Origin: Squalus acanthias
Lineage: Eukaryota
Direction: 5' to 3'
Length of the DNA: 64,000 nt
Assembly (NCBI GenBank): GCA_030390025.1
Contig: CM059438.1
Coordinates: 55,678,001 to 55,742,000, forward strand
Shown: positions 40,976 to 55,900 of the stretch, one piece after another
Numbering within the stretch: position 1 is the first letter of the stretch
How the letters are laid out: each line of letters begins with the position of its first letter
Notes under the pieces: generated by a model
Database searches by the model: none
The model's input: the letters and a program-made list of their open reading frames with translations, nothing else
What the model was told of the DNA's origin: nothing
Position numbers and translations under genes: made by a program

Positions 40976-43900
40976 TTTTATCCACCCTTTTGGTTTGTGC
41001 CTTTTCCCTTTTTTTTCTCTCCCCCCCCCTACGGCAGCTGTCTCTCATTCTGCCAGCATTTCACACTTCACACTTCTAGCCACCTTTTGTTCCTTAACCT
41101 GTCCTATTACCATCTCGTCTTGCCTTGAGCATCTCTTAATGTCTCTACTTACCATAGACCCTCCCCTTTTGTTCTTTTATTCCTCCCCCCAGCCTCCCCC
41201 TTGCTTTTTTATCTGTTTCATTTCCTGCTTTTTTCTCAGTTCTGACGAAGGGTTTCGACCTGAAACGTTAACTCTGTTTCTCTCTCCACGGATGTTGCCT
41301 GGCCTGCTGAGTTTTTCCAGCGTTTTCTGTTGTTGTTTCTGCATAAATGCTTGGTGGATTCGTGGCAGTGTGGCCAATCAGGATCTTGATCATCCAAGCA
41401 GGCCTTCCATTGCGCAGTGTAACCGAGAGCCTAACCATCTCCCCTTGACATTTATTGGCAATACCATCACCAAATCCCCCACCCACAACATCCTGGACGT
41501 CACCATTGATCAGAAACTCAACTTCAGTTGTCACTTAAATGCTGAATCTACGAGAGAAGGTCAGAGGCTAGGTATTCTGCAGCGAGTGGCACACGTCCTG
41601 ACTTCCCAAAGCCTCTCCACCACCTACAAGAGACAAGTCAGGAGTGTGATGGAATACTCTCCATTTGCCTGCATGGGTGCAGCTCCAACAACAGTCAAGG
41701 AGCTCAACGCCATCCAGGACAAAGCAGCCCACTTGATCCACCCCCTCCACCACCGGCGTACCGTGGCTGCAGTGTGTACCATCTACAAGATGCACTGCAG
41801 CAACTCGCCAAGGCTTCTTCATCAGCACCTCCCAAACCCGCGACCTCTTCCACCTCGAAGGACAAGGGCAGGAAGTGCACGGGAACACCACCACCTCCAA
41901 GTCACACACCATCCTGACTTGGACATATAAGCGCCGTTCCTTCATCGTCGCTGGGTCAAAATCCTGGAACTCTCTCCCTAACAGCACTGTGGGAGTACCT
42001 TCACCACACGGACTGCAGTGGTTCAAGGCGGCGGCTCACCACCACCTTCTCAAGGGCAACTAGGGATGGGCAATAAATGCCAGTCTCGCCAGCGACGCCC
42101 ACATCCCGAAAAATTATTTAAAAAAGGCAGGACATATTGCGATGGGATGCTCCAAGGACGAGTTCAACATTACCGTTGGTCAGGTATTCATGTACCTTAG
42201 TGATGTCATCAAGACTGCTACCCAGCTTCCTTTGAGAAAAGGAGCTTGCCAAAGCAAGGTCTGCCAACCGCGGTCTGCTATGACACTATCATTGGGTAGC
42301 CACTGAGCATCGCTCCTGCAACCTGATCTAATATCTAATGGAAAACCAAGAGTGAAGGTCATGGAGAAGGTGATGTTGCAGCTTTTTAGTTGAGCTTAAA
42401 AGCGAGTCCATTGTACTGAGAGGGGGAGATGAAGGAGGGAGGTATCTGGAGGGTTGAGCTCACCCGACTGTAATGTGTGTATCCGCGACCGCATCTCGTA
42501 ATCTCCATGTTGGCCGGGAGTATGCTCTGGTCCATTTAACCTTTAATAAACCTTCAAGTGTTTGACTGCGTGTTGAATTAATTCTTGGCGAACAGGCACA
42601 GGATTGCAGCCTTTGTCTAGAATATTACAAATTCCACATTCCTAACACAAATTGCGCTGGGACAGGACTTGGTCTATTTCCCACCACTGGCTGCCTGTTT
42701 TATACCACACCAGATGCGGATGGGCGTGGAGACACTAGGCCAGTGTGCAGAGAAAACTACAAATGAACAGCATGAACAAAAGCCAGAAAAATCATTAAAT
42801 GCAAGGAAAAAGTCACAACTATATTTAAACAATGGGCTTGACTAAAACTCAGATCCTGCAGATTTACTCCGCCTAAAGATCCATGCAACACTGAAGACTG
42901 CAGGACAGAGTGAAATGTTCTTTTACCTTTATCAGCCTTGCAGGATGCTGGAATCCTTCCCGTACCTCCTGCGAGTCCTCGGCAAGAGCACATGATTTGT
43001 GGAAGAGTTCCTCCATACCAGGGCTTGCCAGCAGCATGACCTAGAGGAATAAGACACATAGAAAAATAGGAGCAGGAGTAGGTCATTCGGCCCTTCGAGC
43101 CTGCTCCGCCAATCAATACGATCATGGCCCATCCTCTATCTCAATACCATATTCCTGCTCTCTCCCCATACCCCTTGATGCCTTTTGTGTCTAGAAATCG
43201 ATCTATCGCCTGCTTAAATATATTCAGTGACTTGGCCTCCACATCCTTCTATGGTAGAGAATTCCACAGGTTCACCACCCTCTGAGTGAAGAAATTTCTC
43301 CTCATCTCAGTCCTAAATGTCCTACCCCGTATCCTGAGACTGTGACCCCCCCCCCCCCCCCCCCCGCGCCCCGGTTACCTTCTCAAGAATTTTGCCGGTT
43401 GAGAGAGATTTCCGGATATTTGGGTGCCGGTTAATAAAGAGTTTCCTGTATATTGTGAATAGCTGGGGCCCAAGCACTGATCCCTGCGGTACCCCACTAG
43501 TCACCGCCTGCCACCCCGAAAAAGACCCATTTATTCCTACTCTCTGTTTCCTGTCTGTTAACCAATTTTCAATCCATGCCATCCCTTCTCCCTCATGTAC
43601 TTATCTAGCTTCCCCTTAAATGCATCTGTGCTAATTGCCTCAACTACTCCTTGTGGTAGCGAGTTCCACATTCTAACCACTCTCTGGGTAATGAAGTTTC
43701 TTCTGAATTTCCTATCAGATTTATTAGTGACCATCTTATATTTATAGCCCCTGGTTTTGGTCTCTCCTGCAAGTGAAAACATCTTCTCTACCCTATCAAC
43801 AACAACAACTTGTATTTATATAGCGCCTTTAACGTAGTAAAACCACCCAAGGCGCTGCACAGGAGTGTTATAAGACAACAAATTTGACACCGATCCACCC

Positions 43901-46900
43901 AAGGATAAATTAGGGCAGGTGCTTGGTCAAAGAGGTAGGTTTTAAGGAGTGTCTTAAAGGAGGAAAGAGGTAGAGAGGCGGAGAGGTTTAGGGAGGGAAT
44001 TCCAGAGCCTAGGCAACAGAATCCCTTCATAATTTTATAGACCTATCAGGTCACCCCTCAGCCTTCTCTTTTCTTGAGAAAAGAGCTGTTCAATCTTTCC
44101 TGATAGGTATAACCTTCCAAACTTTCTCCAGTGCTTCTATATGTTCAATGTCTCCGTACCCTGGATCATTTGTATAGAGTGTAATAGAAACACCTACAAG
44201 GGGATTGGGTGGGGCAGTGGGATAGATGCTGGCTTTTCACCCCCAAGGCTTGGGTTCAAATTCAGGCCAGATCCATGGATGAGCTACTCAAGTTTCCTAT
44301 ACAAAGTGAGTCTAGACAGTCTCAATCTAATCCAGATCCCATACCACTGGCTCAACAGTCACTGATGGAAATGGACAATGTCACATTGCTGGAGTAGGGA
44401 GTGCTTTTCTCAGATTGGACCAAGATGGAAATCCAAAATGTTCCCCAGTGCGAACAGCGCTCACCGCGATGGGCACAACATTCTCAGTAAAGACACACTG
44501 ACTGGCTTGTCTTCAGCTGTGGGTAAGTTAGATCGAATCAATCTTTGCACAGCAATATAATGGTAAAAACTGAACACAGTCCCTTTTCAGGAAGACCAAC
44601 CCAAGCATTCACAGAAACGAGGAAAGCAACTGAGAACGTTGAAAGAAAAATGCAGTGTGCAATCTAAAATACCAACCTTTGCACTGTACAGATGGTCTGC
44701 ATCTGGTGGGTCAAGCGCCGTTGTGATCTTGTCCAGGGGGTCTACCTCTTTGTGAATGATATGGAAATTGCACTGGTTTCCAAGCTGAAATGGTCTATTT
44801 AGAAGAAATGCATCGACCCACGTGAACTGGGTATCGAAGAAATCACTTGGGATGTAAAGATTCTGATACCGGCGGCGAAGCTCCATCATGTCACAAGATG
44901 CACTGCATGAGAAACAAAAAGAAGAAAAGCAAATTCACCCAAACAATGACTAAAATAAGCGAGACTTCATGAAAAATACTCACCTTTAGGTACAGCTTTC
45001 AAAATGTAAACAAGGCAGTCAGAGAATTCAAGTGAGAATCAGGTGACTCTTTGTTCCTGCACCATAAAGGAGTCCCCCCACCCCCAAGAGACCGAGACCC
45101 AGTTATAGCGTGCACTTCCTGTTATCACAATTTTTTAGTTACACATTTGCGTCAGACTTTTACCATCACACGATGTTGATTAACTCAAAGTAATCAACTG
45201 AAGAGGTAGGGAAACGTACGAATCAAAATGAGGCAAGCAGCTAGAAAACAACCAACAAGAAACTATAAAAACAACCAATCCTGAATGACCAGTCACGAGA
45301 ACCGGCCAATAAAAAAGAAAATGGCGAACCAGTCAAATCTGAACTTTTTTCATCTGCCAATTCCCAGTAACTGAAATCTCTAATAACCAAAATAAGGTTA
45401 TATGTACTGTAAAATCAAAAATGTGATATTTCACAATTCAAATAAATTTATTGATTGAATTGCTTTTTGTGTCTTCTGATACCTTCCTTAAAGTTTTTAT
45501 TTCAAGGGCTCAGTCTGCTTTAAAAGTCTGGGCTTCAACGGACATTCTTCCCCGAGATCCTTTGGAGAGTTGCCAATCACATCTGTGCATTCTGAGCATG
45601 AGCAGTGTGCAAAATTACTCAACATGCATTAGGAAGTTTCTGATTTGAGGTAGAGGGTGGCTTCCCTCATACTGTGGCCATTTGAGAGCTTTGTTGCTTA
45701 TTTTTTATTCATTCACAAGATGCTGGCGTCGCTGGCAAAGCCAGCATTTATTGCCCTTGAGAAGGTGGTGCTGAGCTGCCTTCTTGAACCGCTGCAGTCC
45801 GTGTGGTGAAGGTGCTCCCTGTGCTGTTAGGGAGGGAGTTCCAGGATTTTGACCCAGCGACGATGAGGGAAGGTCGATATATTTCCAAGTCAGGATGGTG
45901 TGTGACTTGGAGGGGAACTTGGAGGTGGTGGTGTTCCCATGCGCCTGCTGCCCTTGTCCTTCTAGGCAGTAGAGGTCGCGGGTTTGGGAGGTGCTGCCGA
46001 AGAAGCCTTGGCGAGTTGCTGCAGTGCATCTTGTAGATGGTACACACTGCAGCCACGGTGCGCCGGTGGTGGAGGGAGTGAATGTTTAAGGTGGTGGATG
46101 GGGTGCCAATCAAGCGGGCTGCTTTGTCCTGGATGGTGTTGAGCTCCGAGTGTTGTTGGAGCTGCACTCCTTGAAACAAACTAAATTGAATTCTCAAAAC
46201 TTTATACCAGGCAAAGTTTCACATTTAACAACTGCTCCTCTTCGGTTAGAACAGGTCACTTAGACATCACCTGTGGTTTCTTAGTTGATAGTTAAGAAGC
46301 AAAACAAAAATTGTTTATGGTGGTGTATTCTTTTTCTCAGTGGCAAAGTTGAAGAGGATTTGTTTCTTTTTCCAAGTGAGTTAAACCCAGCTGTCAGATG
46401 AATTTGAATGATTGGGTTCCTTCTGATTGACTGCTGTCCATCAGTGCAAGTCTCTGCACTCTCCATTTTAGTTGCAAATTCAATTAAAAAAAAAATTCTC
46501 TCGCTACCTCTTTTTGGGGCTTAAAAGTCCTTTTATATAAAAACTGGGGAACGATATAAACTATGAACCTTTTGAGTGTTTATTTGGGGTCATTTTTGAC
46601 TGGTTATGAAAACTGACATTTATTAAAGATGGTACAAATTGACAAATTCACTAATGGTGCATTAAGTCATTTAAGGCACAAACGTAAAGACAGGAATCAA
46701 CTGGGAGTGGGGAAAGGGGTGGTGGAGGAGTATAAAAGGGCCATAGTCAGGAGACAAGGCTGACAGGCAGAAACATAGAAACATAGAAACATAGAATCTA
46801 GGAGCAGGAGTAGGCCATTCGGCCCGTCGAGCCTGCTCCACCATTCAATACGATCATGGCTGATCATCCAAATCCAGTACCCTGTCCCTGCTTTAATCCC

Positions 46901-49900
46901 CACAGTACACATATCCCACCCTACCCCCGTAACCCCACGTATTTAATTCCCCCTAACATATCCCATCCTATCCCCATAACCCCACATATTTAATCCCCCC
47001 CTAACACTAAGGGTCAATTTATCATAGCCAAATCAACCTAACCCGCACATTTTTGGACTGTGGGAGGAAACCGGAGCACCCGGAGGAAACCCACGCAAAC
47101 ATGATCGGAGGTTGTGCTTGATGGTCCAAAACAGGCCAAGAGCAGTTTGGCTCCCATTCTCCTGGGCCCTCTTCCGAATAAGGTTCCTAACCCCCAACCC
47201 CAATAACCCCACAATGCTGCCAGAGTGTGCCTCCCACCCTGCTTGCAGAGTACCCTCTCCAGTCCTATTGCTCCCCAGAACCACCTCCTCTCAATACTTC
47301 ACCCCCACTTCCTGATCCCAGAACCCCATCTTGGTGCTCGTAAACTCCGAGGCTACACTCCCAGTGCACTCAGAACCAATGCTCCCCGGGACTTTTTTTT
47401 TGGGTGCGCAGCATGTGCGAACTTTAACATAGGAAAAGTCGGTCCCGGGCTGCACGGGACTGGCAGAGGGCTGCGCAGTTTATAGGGAAAGTTGCTCAGA
47501 ACCCTGTACCATAGCCTATGGATCTTCCTTCCCAGGACCAACCCCAATGCTCCAGGAGTCTGAGGCCTCCATCTCCAATGCTCTCTGATCCCAGGAATTG
47601 CTCCCGATGTTCCCAGACCCAGGGACCCACAAATGTATTGCCAAACCCTGACTTCCCATCCTAGTACATGCAAAGAAGCCCTGTGAGACTCTCTATAGCC
47701 TGTCGAAGGAAAGAAAGAGCTTGCATTTATACAAGCGCTTCACCACCTCGGAACACACCAAAGCTCAGTTAATTACTTTTGGATTGTACTCGCTTTGTAA
47801 TGGGAGGAAATATGGCAGCAAATTTGCAATCAGCAAAGTCCCACAAACTGCAATGACATAAATAACCAGATAATCTGTTTATTAGTGATGCTAAGTGAGG
47901 GATAATTATTGGCCAGGACACCAGGGAGAACTCCCCAACTCTTCTTTAAATAGTGCCATGGGATCTTTTACATCCACCCGAGGGCAGACGGGGCCTCAGT
48001 TTAACGTCTCATCCGAAAGACGGCACCTCTGACAATGCAGCACTCCCTCAGTACTGCACTGGAGTGTCAAACCTACATTATGTGCTCAAGTCTCTTGAGT
48101 GGGGCTTGAGCCCACGATCTTCTAACTGAGAGGTGAGAGCGCTACCCACCGAGCCACGGCTGATACTTATCTATTTTATGAGTGCGGGTGGCCTTTGAGC
48201 AGGAAGTCTGAACCACTTGTCCAATATCATCTTAATGGAGGCAGGGAATGAACACCTTGAAGAATCTGGCCTGTGCGGTTGTACATCAGGTAATTAATTT
48301 GGCACAACAATACCGAACAATTTCTACACTTGGTGCGCAATGTGCAATTTGCTGCTCGAGCTCCAAATGAAAATGCTTGTCTGAGTGGATCTGAGCAAGA
48401 ACAAGTCACCTGCTGCAAAAATCATTGCCCTAAGCACTCAAAAGGACATTAGTCTCTTCCCTTGTCCGAGACAGATATCCAGTGTCTAATCCACAGAGTT
48501 GATGCAATTCACATATTAAAGATGAACACCTACCCCCGATTCAGGCTCAATTAAAACATAATCTCTCACCTCAGCAGAAACCTCTCCTACTAGATCCCCA
48601 CTAGTGAAGCAATCCTCGGATGACCCAGCAGGATAGGGAGGCACAGGACAATAAAAAACCTACCGAAGAGGCTGTGTCTCTCAGCTCCTCCAACATGGTC
48701 TATATCTACATTCAGAGGCTGCACTGTTTGTGAGAAAGACTGAAAGCTTCACATCTAGTCTGATGTCTTTATTGGGGCACTGGGCCCAGAGCCAGTGGTG
48801 CTACCCAATGTTTGCCCCTGAACTCCAGTGCTGCATATGAGGTTACCTACACATGTGCCCGGGACACACAGAAGCCTGATCCATTAGGGACCCAGTTTGT
48901 TTTTGAGGCCAACATGGGCAACAAAATTTGAGGAAGGTTTCTTTATTTTTCTCCCCTCCAGACTCTTGTTGGGGAACAGTTGCCCCAAAACCTTCCCTGG
49001 CAGATTCTTGCTGAAATACAGTTCCTCCCCACCCCACCCACACAGACCGAGGCAGCAGAGGTGACTGGGCAGCCACCAGCAGCAGGGCCCTTTGGCTGAG
49101 ACCAACTGCTGCGGCTGATATTAGCCAATTCAGCACAGACTGGCAATCAAACCTGGGCCTTGTGGTGTGCGTGGCATCTGCCCACGAGGGGCCAGGGGAG
49201 CTTTTACTTTTTTGTTACAGTATAAATGAGGGACTGTTGTAATTCAAGATGTCTGACTGCCAGACATTCCTGTGTCAGCAAGGAGTGGCGGTGAAAGAAT
49301 TCTTCACATCGACAAGAGCAAACCTAGGTACACAAGATGGTTTGGAGGCAGAAGATACTCTTACAGTTTTAGAAATATTGGTATAAAACAGTAACTCCTA
49401 ATGGGAGGGAGGGAGGGGAGGAGAGGAAACTTTAGAAAACTTTGAAAACAGTTCAGTTGGACAGGACAAGTGCAGTTGAATCCAAACAGAAAATGCTGGA
49501 AATACTCAGCAGGTCAGGCAGCATCTGCGGAGAGAGAAACAGAGTTAACGTTTCAGGTCGCTGACTTTAGAACTGGAAACTTTTTCCAGTTCTGACGAAG
49601 GGTCATCGACCTGAAACGTTAACTCTGTTTTTCTCTCCACAGATGCTGCCTGACCTGCTGAGTATTTCCAGCATTTTCTGGTTTTATTTCAGATTTCCAG
49701 CATCCGCAGTATTTTGCTTTTGTGTTGTTGCAGTTGGATCCAACAGGATTAAGGCTTTCATGAGTAACAGGTTAAAACCGAGGCGCCTGACAAGTGCAGA
49801 ATGAATGAGAGCGGAGCCTCTGGTTCCCTGGACCTGTTGAAAAGTTAGTGTGCTCAGTTGTTTGTGGAGTAAACAGAACAAAGCTTCCAAACAGATTGAT

Positions 49901-52900
49901 AACATATGTCTATGACCAAAGCCCCAAACATTCTCCACCACCACTTTAAATGGGTTCAGCAGCTTTTCTTCCACACTGTCATTTCAGCAATGGAATAGGA
50001 TTAAACATCATTACCCATTTGTGTTTCTGGCTCATGTCTCGGTCAAACGTAGAATGGAAAGCCTGGATTGAACTGCATTTTACTACTAATAAAGAAACAC
50101 CAAGCAACAGTTCCCATCGCAACATCTCTGCTGACCTCAGAGTTTCTACGCTGACAGCCCGCTTTCAGGAGTGGCTATTGGACAATTTTTAGAATCGAAA
50201 AATAGACGCTAATTATTTTTAATTTAACAAACGACACGCACACATGCACGTCAACTGGTTTTGAATTCACACACCGGGTGAAGAGGCCCATTTTACACAT
50301 GCACACTGATTTTGTTATATAAATGGGTGCTCCTTCCCTCCCCATCGTAAACAAAATCAAAGCAGAATGAGAAAGATCATGCAGCTTGAGGCTGAGACTG
50401 AGGTACACCATACTCCAATTAGCAAGGTGTGCAAAATAGGTGGAGATCCATCCTCCAACTCCAACATCCCTCACCTCAATCAACATGACAACTCACCAAA
50501 AAACCTCATCCTTTATCAAGTTGTTGAAATTGTGCCCCAATCGCAAACATGATCAGTAACAATATCGAGTCAGTTGTACACGTACCAATCCAAGGAAAAC
50601 TTGGAGAACTGCACAGTGTAGCGAGGAACAGCACGCCTCTGCCGCCTCGGCGACCTGTCCCTCTCTCGCCGTGGCGATCGTTCTCGGGACCGTTTGCGCT
50701 GGGGTGACCGCTCCCGTGAACGCCTCCTGTCCCGGTCTCTGTCACGGCTACGAGAGAATCACAATTTAAGAAAAGTCAGTTTAGCAAAACTACTTTCACA
50801 TTTCATTCAAATCTAGCACAGACTAAGATATCCTTCGTACAGAATTCCAGGGTGTCATTTCTGAGTCAAAAGAATGTCCAAATTTGTTGCGTGTTTCCTA
50901 CAGTGACTACACTCCAAAATACTTCATTGGCTGTAAAGCGCTTTGGGACGTCCGGTGGTCGTGAAAGGCGCTATAGAAATGCAAGACTTACTTTCTTTCT
51001 AAATTGTACCAAAAATAAATAAAATCTCTGCTTTAAACTTAACTGAATGAAAAAAAGCAAATGTTTTCTAACTGCATTAGTTGTGTGCAAGAAGTATCGA
51101 GTCTTAGTCAGAGGATGCCCAATACCGTTAAATGTTGCTGTGCGCAGAACGTGTAATCTAACTCTTCGCCCTCCTTTCCCGAAGGTGCAAATCCTGCTTG
51201 GTCTCCCACCACATGTCCCAGCAGCCGCCCACTACCTTGCCCAGGGGGCCATTCGATGCTTGCAGGCCACTCTACCATGAGGGGCATCGCAGCAGAGCCT
51301 GCTCCCGACCTGACTTGGCGTCCACATAGGAGATTTTCCAGCAGGGGACGGTGGATCCTGATCGGAAATGGGATCCCAGACTGCTTTCCCCTCTTCAGCG
51401 AAGGAACACCGAGGCTCGCCCCACTTACTGTCCTGGCTGAGATTGGTTAGCTCCGCAACATTCTGCATCGAGCAATGCTTTTACCAAATGATTCAAACAG
51501 AAATCCAGAGCATTGAGGTGAAGACGAGCACAGGGTGTCGGGGGGGGTGGGGATTTGAACCAAGCACACAGTAATCTGCCGCAGTACCTTCTGTCATCTT
51601 TCCTGGTTATTGTTATTTCCAATCTTTCATTCCGGGTCATGAATCTGGATGGCGGCTCAATCCTCCTGACGGCTTGTGGCTGTGGAATGACTCGCACAGG
51701 AGCTTGCAGCAACCCAGCTGCAACAGGAGCATAAGTGAAGCATCATTACAAGGCCGCCAAATATCAAAATGGACGCAAGGCTCAGAGTAATTGGCTTTTG
51801 TTTCTGGAATGACGTTTTTAATAGCTCTCATGATGAGGGGCTTTGTGACTTTTTTCTGGGAATGTTTGTTCTGCTCAAGGTGTGGGGTGTCAGTGCTGGG
51901 AATGCGACCCTTACCATTTGAAGCACTCGTTAGTATAATCAATGTTGCCACCACATTGGTACCAATTTGCAACACGATCAAAGGTGTTGAAATGCTTCTC
52001 ATGGAATGTTCCTACTTCAGTCCCAGAAATGCTCCCTGTTAGAACCACTACTCGGGACAAACCTGTAACCATCAGTATCTTTATTAGTTTTATGAAAGGG
52101 AAATCATGTTTGACAAATTTGCTGGAGTTCTTTGAGGATGTAACGAGCAGGGTGGATAAAGGGGAACCAGTAGATGTAGTGTATTTGGATTTCCAGAAGG
52201 CATTCGATAAGGTGCCACATAAAAGGTTACTGCACAAGATAAGAGCTCACGGGGTTGGGGGTAATATATTAACATGCATAGAGGATTGCCTAACTAACAG
52301 AAAACAGAGAGTCGGGATAAAAGGGTCATTTTCCGGTTGGCAAACGGTAACTAGATTTCAGTGCTGGGGCCTCAACTATTTACAATCTATATTAATGACT
52401 TGGATGAAGGGACCGAGTGTAATGTAGCCAAATTTGCTGATGATACAAAGATAGGTGGGAAAGCAAGTTGTGAAGAGGACACAAAGAATCTGCAAAGGGA
52501 TATCGACAGGCTAAATGAGTGGGCAAACATTTGGCAGATGGAGTATAATGTGGGAAAGTGTGAGGTTATCCACTTTGGTAAGAAAAATAAAAAGGCAAAT
52601 TATTTAAATGGAGAGAGATTACAAAATGCTGCAATACAGAGGGACCTGGGGGTCCTTGTACATGAATCACAAAAAGTTAGCATGCAGGTACAGCAAGTAA
52701 TTAGGAAGGCAAATGGAATGTTGGCCTTTATTGCAAGTGGGTTGGAGTATAAAAGTAGGGAAGTCCTGTTACAACTGTACAGGGTGTTGGTGAGACCACA
52801 CCTGGAGTACTGCGTACAGTTTTGGTCTCCTTATTTAAGGAAGGATATACTTGCATTGGAGGCAGTTCAGAGAAGGTTCACGAGGTTGATTCCTGAGATG

Positions 52901-55900
52901 AAGGGGTTGACTTATGATGAAAGGTTGAGCAGGTTGGGCCTATACTCATTGGAGTTTAGAAGAGTGAGAGGTGATCTTATTGAAACATAAGATACTGAGG
53001 GGGCTCGAAAAGGTAGATGCAGAGAAGATGTTTCCCCTCATGGGGGTATCTAGAACTAGGGGGCATAGTTTCAGAATAAGGGGTCGCCCATTTAAGATGG
53101 AGATGAGGAGGAATTTCTTCTCTCAGAGGGTCGTAAATCTGTGGAATTCTCTGCCCCAGAGAGCTGTGGAGGCTGGGTCATTGAATATATTTAAAAGTGA
53201 GAAGTCGCACAACACCAGGTTATAGTCCAACAGTTTTATTTGAAATCAGAAGCTTTCGGAGCTGCTGCCCCTTCGTCAGGTGAATATCATGGGAATATAT
53301 TTAAGGTGGAGATAGATAGATTTTTGAACAATAAGGGAGTGATGGGTTATGGGGCAGGGAAATGGAGCTGAGCCCAAGATCAGATCAGCCATGATCTTAT
53401 TAAATGGCGGAGCAGGCTCGAGGGGACAAATGGCCTACTCCTGCTCCTATTTCTTATGTTCTTACTCTAGTGTTATATAGCTCAAAACACTCACAGGGCA
53501 GTTACAGCACGGGTTAGATACAGAGTAAAGCTCCCTCTACACATTTCCGTCAAACACTCCCAGGGCAGCTACAGCACGGAGGGAGCAGACGCTATCAAGG
53601 AAGGAACTTGCAGCATCCTGAGTTTGGAAGAGACCTTGGAGTGCTCACTTTGATAGCCACTCTACAATGGCCAGTAATGTAAATGAGCGTCTCTTGTAGG
53701 GATTGCGTTTAATCTACAACGACTAGTAATGTGAATGCAGGTCTTGTGGGTGACTTACGTTTCTGCTGTGGTTGCTGGAGTAAAGGTTGAGGCTGTGCTG
53801 AGAGCAAAGGAGTGAGGGGAGCTGCTGCCATTGATGCCTGTAAGAGAGACTGGGCCTGGGACTGTGGCGGGACACCATACGGCTGCTGTGAGAGAGGCTG
53901 CATGACAGTCGGCGGCGTCTTGATCAGTGGCTGGGTCTGACTCTAGAAAGTTGAAAGAAAAATAGTCCTTCAACACAGAGGTAAAACTGTCATATATATA
54001 TCTCTCTAAATGCCTTAATTAGGGCTGCTGTCTCCTCCGTCTCAGCTCCAAGTATAACCTGCTACAGAATCACATTTCTGCAACTAGATTTGAAAAATTC
54101 AGAGGACAGAAGCCCCAAAACTTCCCAGGTTCAGTTGCAGTCACAGGGTGAATAGCCTGTGCTCCTGGGCTTGGAAGGGAAAAGAAAATGGAGCAGCCCG
54201 AACTCTCCTCCTCCTGCCGATCCCATGGTCTCTGCTGCAACATGCGTGTGTGCATTTCAGGTAAGGACAGAATCAGAACATGCTGGATACATGCAGCTGT
54301 CTGAAACATTGACCTGTCTCTGCTCCCTACAAAGCTGCTGCCTGACCAGCTGAGCATTTCCAGCACTTTTCTGTTTTTGTTTCAGATTTCCAGAAACTGC
54401 AGTGATTATTTTGCCTTTTATTTGTAAAGGCAGAATTAAGCACGGCTGTGATGCTCCTCATGTTGAACGGCCCTTTTGCCACATCTGGACTTGCACATGG
54501 TAAATGTCACTTTGCTGGGGTACCGTAGACCTGCCACTGCCCGTGGAACTGCAGCCAGTCGTTGCTGTCCGACCTGGGAATTACACATAAAACTGCATTT
54601 TTCACATGAAGTCTTGGTATAGGGCCATGGTGGGCATTATCTTGGACAGTCTTTCAATAATATCTTTTTTAAAGTCCAGTTTGAATTTGCACAACAAAAA
54701 TGCAAAGCACTAAAGCATCAAATCAACATTTCCAGCTGGCTTCATTCAGCAAAGCTCACCTGATTGGGCAGAGTCTGGATTCGCTGTGCATTCCACTTGA
54801 AGGGCATGTTCGGGTTGTAAGCAGCTTCCACCAGCACCCGGTCTCCTACCTGGGGCGCCTTGCCTTTCACAGCACTGGGGGACATGCAAAAACACTTAGT
54901 CAACACATGAAAGCAGAGTGAGGAATTAACACACGCACACATGCATGATCCAGAACTTCACTGAATGCAAGTTTTGAAATGGGAAAGTCTCAGTATGACA
55001 AAAACACTCAAGTTTAATCTACAATCTGGTTTAATTTGTTAAGCTTTAGTACCGAGTTCCCCATTAACAATCTGTCCTTTCTCTGTGCTCAGAGGCACAA
55101 ACCTCCGCCACTGAGCTGAGGGAGTGACTGAGTTTATGGGGGTGTCTGCGCTCGAGGGAAGTGCCTGATGCCACAGGGAATTTTCATGAGAACCATCATT
55201 TGGTAACTGATGTATCCTTAACCTCCTCCACTTCCTCATCTACACACGGTCCCTTGGCAACATCAACCGAAGACACAGCGTCAGGTTCCACGTGTACGCT
55301 GATGACACCCGGCGCTACCTCACCACCACCTCTCTCAACCCTTTCACTGTCTTTGACTTGTCTGACATCCAGTCCTGGATGAGCCGAAATTTCCCCCAAT
55401 TAAAACATTGAGATGACCAAAGCCATTGTCTTCAGTCCTCGCCACCGAATCTATCTCCTCCCTAGCCAGTCTCAGGCTGAACCAGACTATTCGCCACCTT
55501 GGCAAGGGAGGGGAGCCGGTCTCTCGGGATCAGGGGAGGGAAGCCGGTCTCTCGGGATCAGAGGAGGGAAGCCGGTCTCTCGGGATCAGTTACTTGAGTA
55601 GATAGCCTCACCAAGCTGTTGGCAGGGGCTCTAACTGGAATCTGTGTAGTGTCAGCACAGAGCACACATAACTCTAACCTGAGGTTTAAATGGCCAGGCA
55701 GTAACGCTCTGCACCTGGCTCCTTTAGTGCTTGGTAGAGTGTGACGAGAAGCTTGCAGCCAGACTATACAGTGAGAAGTCGCACAACACCAGGTTATAGT
55801 CCAACAGGTTTATTTGAAATCACAAGCTTTCGGAGCGGCTGCTCCTTCGTCAGGTGAAGTGAAGTCACCTGATGAAGGAGCAGCAGCTCCGAAAGCTTGT

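Larger units (their letters stand above)
48196..50121. repeat. Local duplication, copy 1 (~1.93 kb; probable source)
   Basis: Direct near-identical copy of 59680-61620; about 9 differences seen by eye. Confidence 0.95.
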
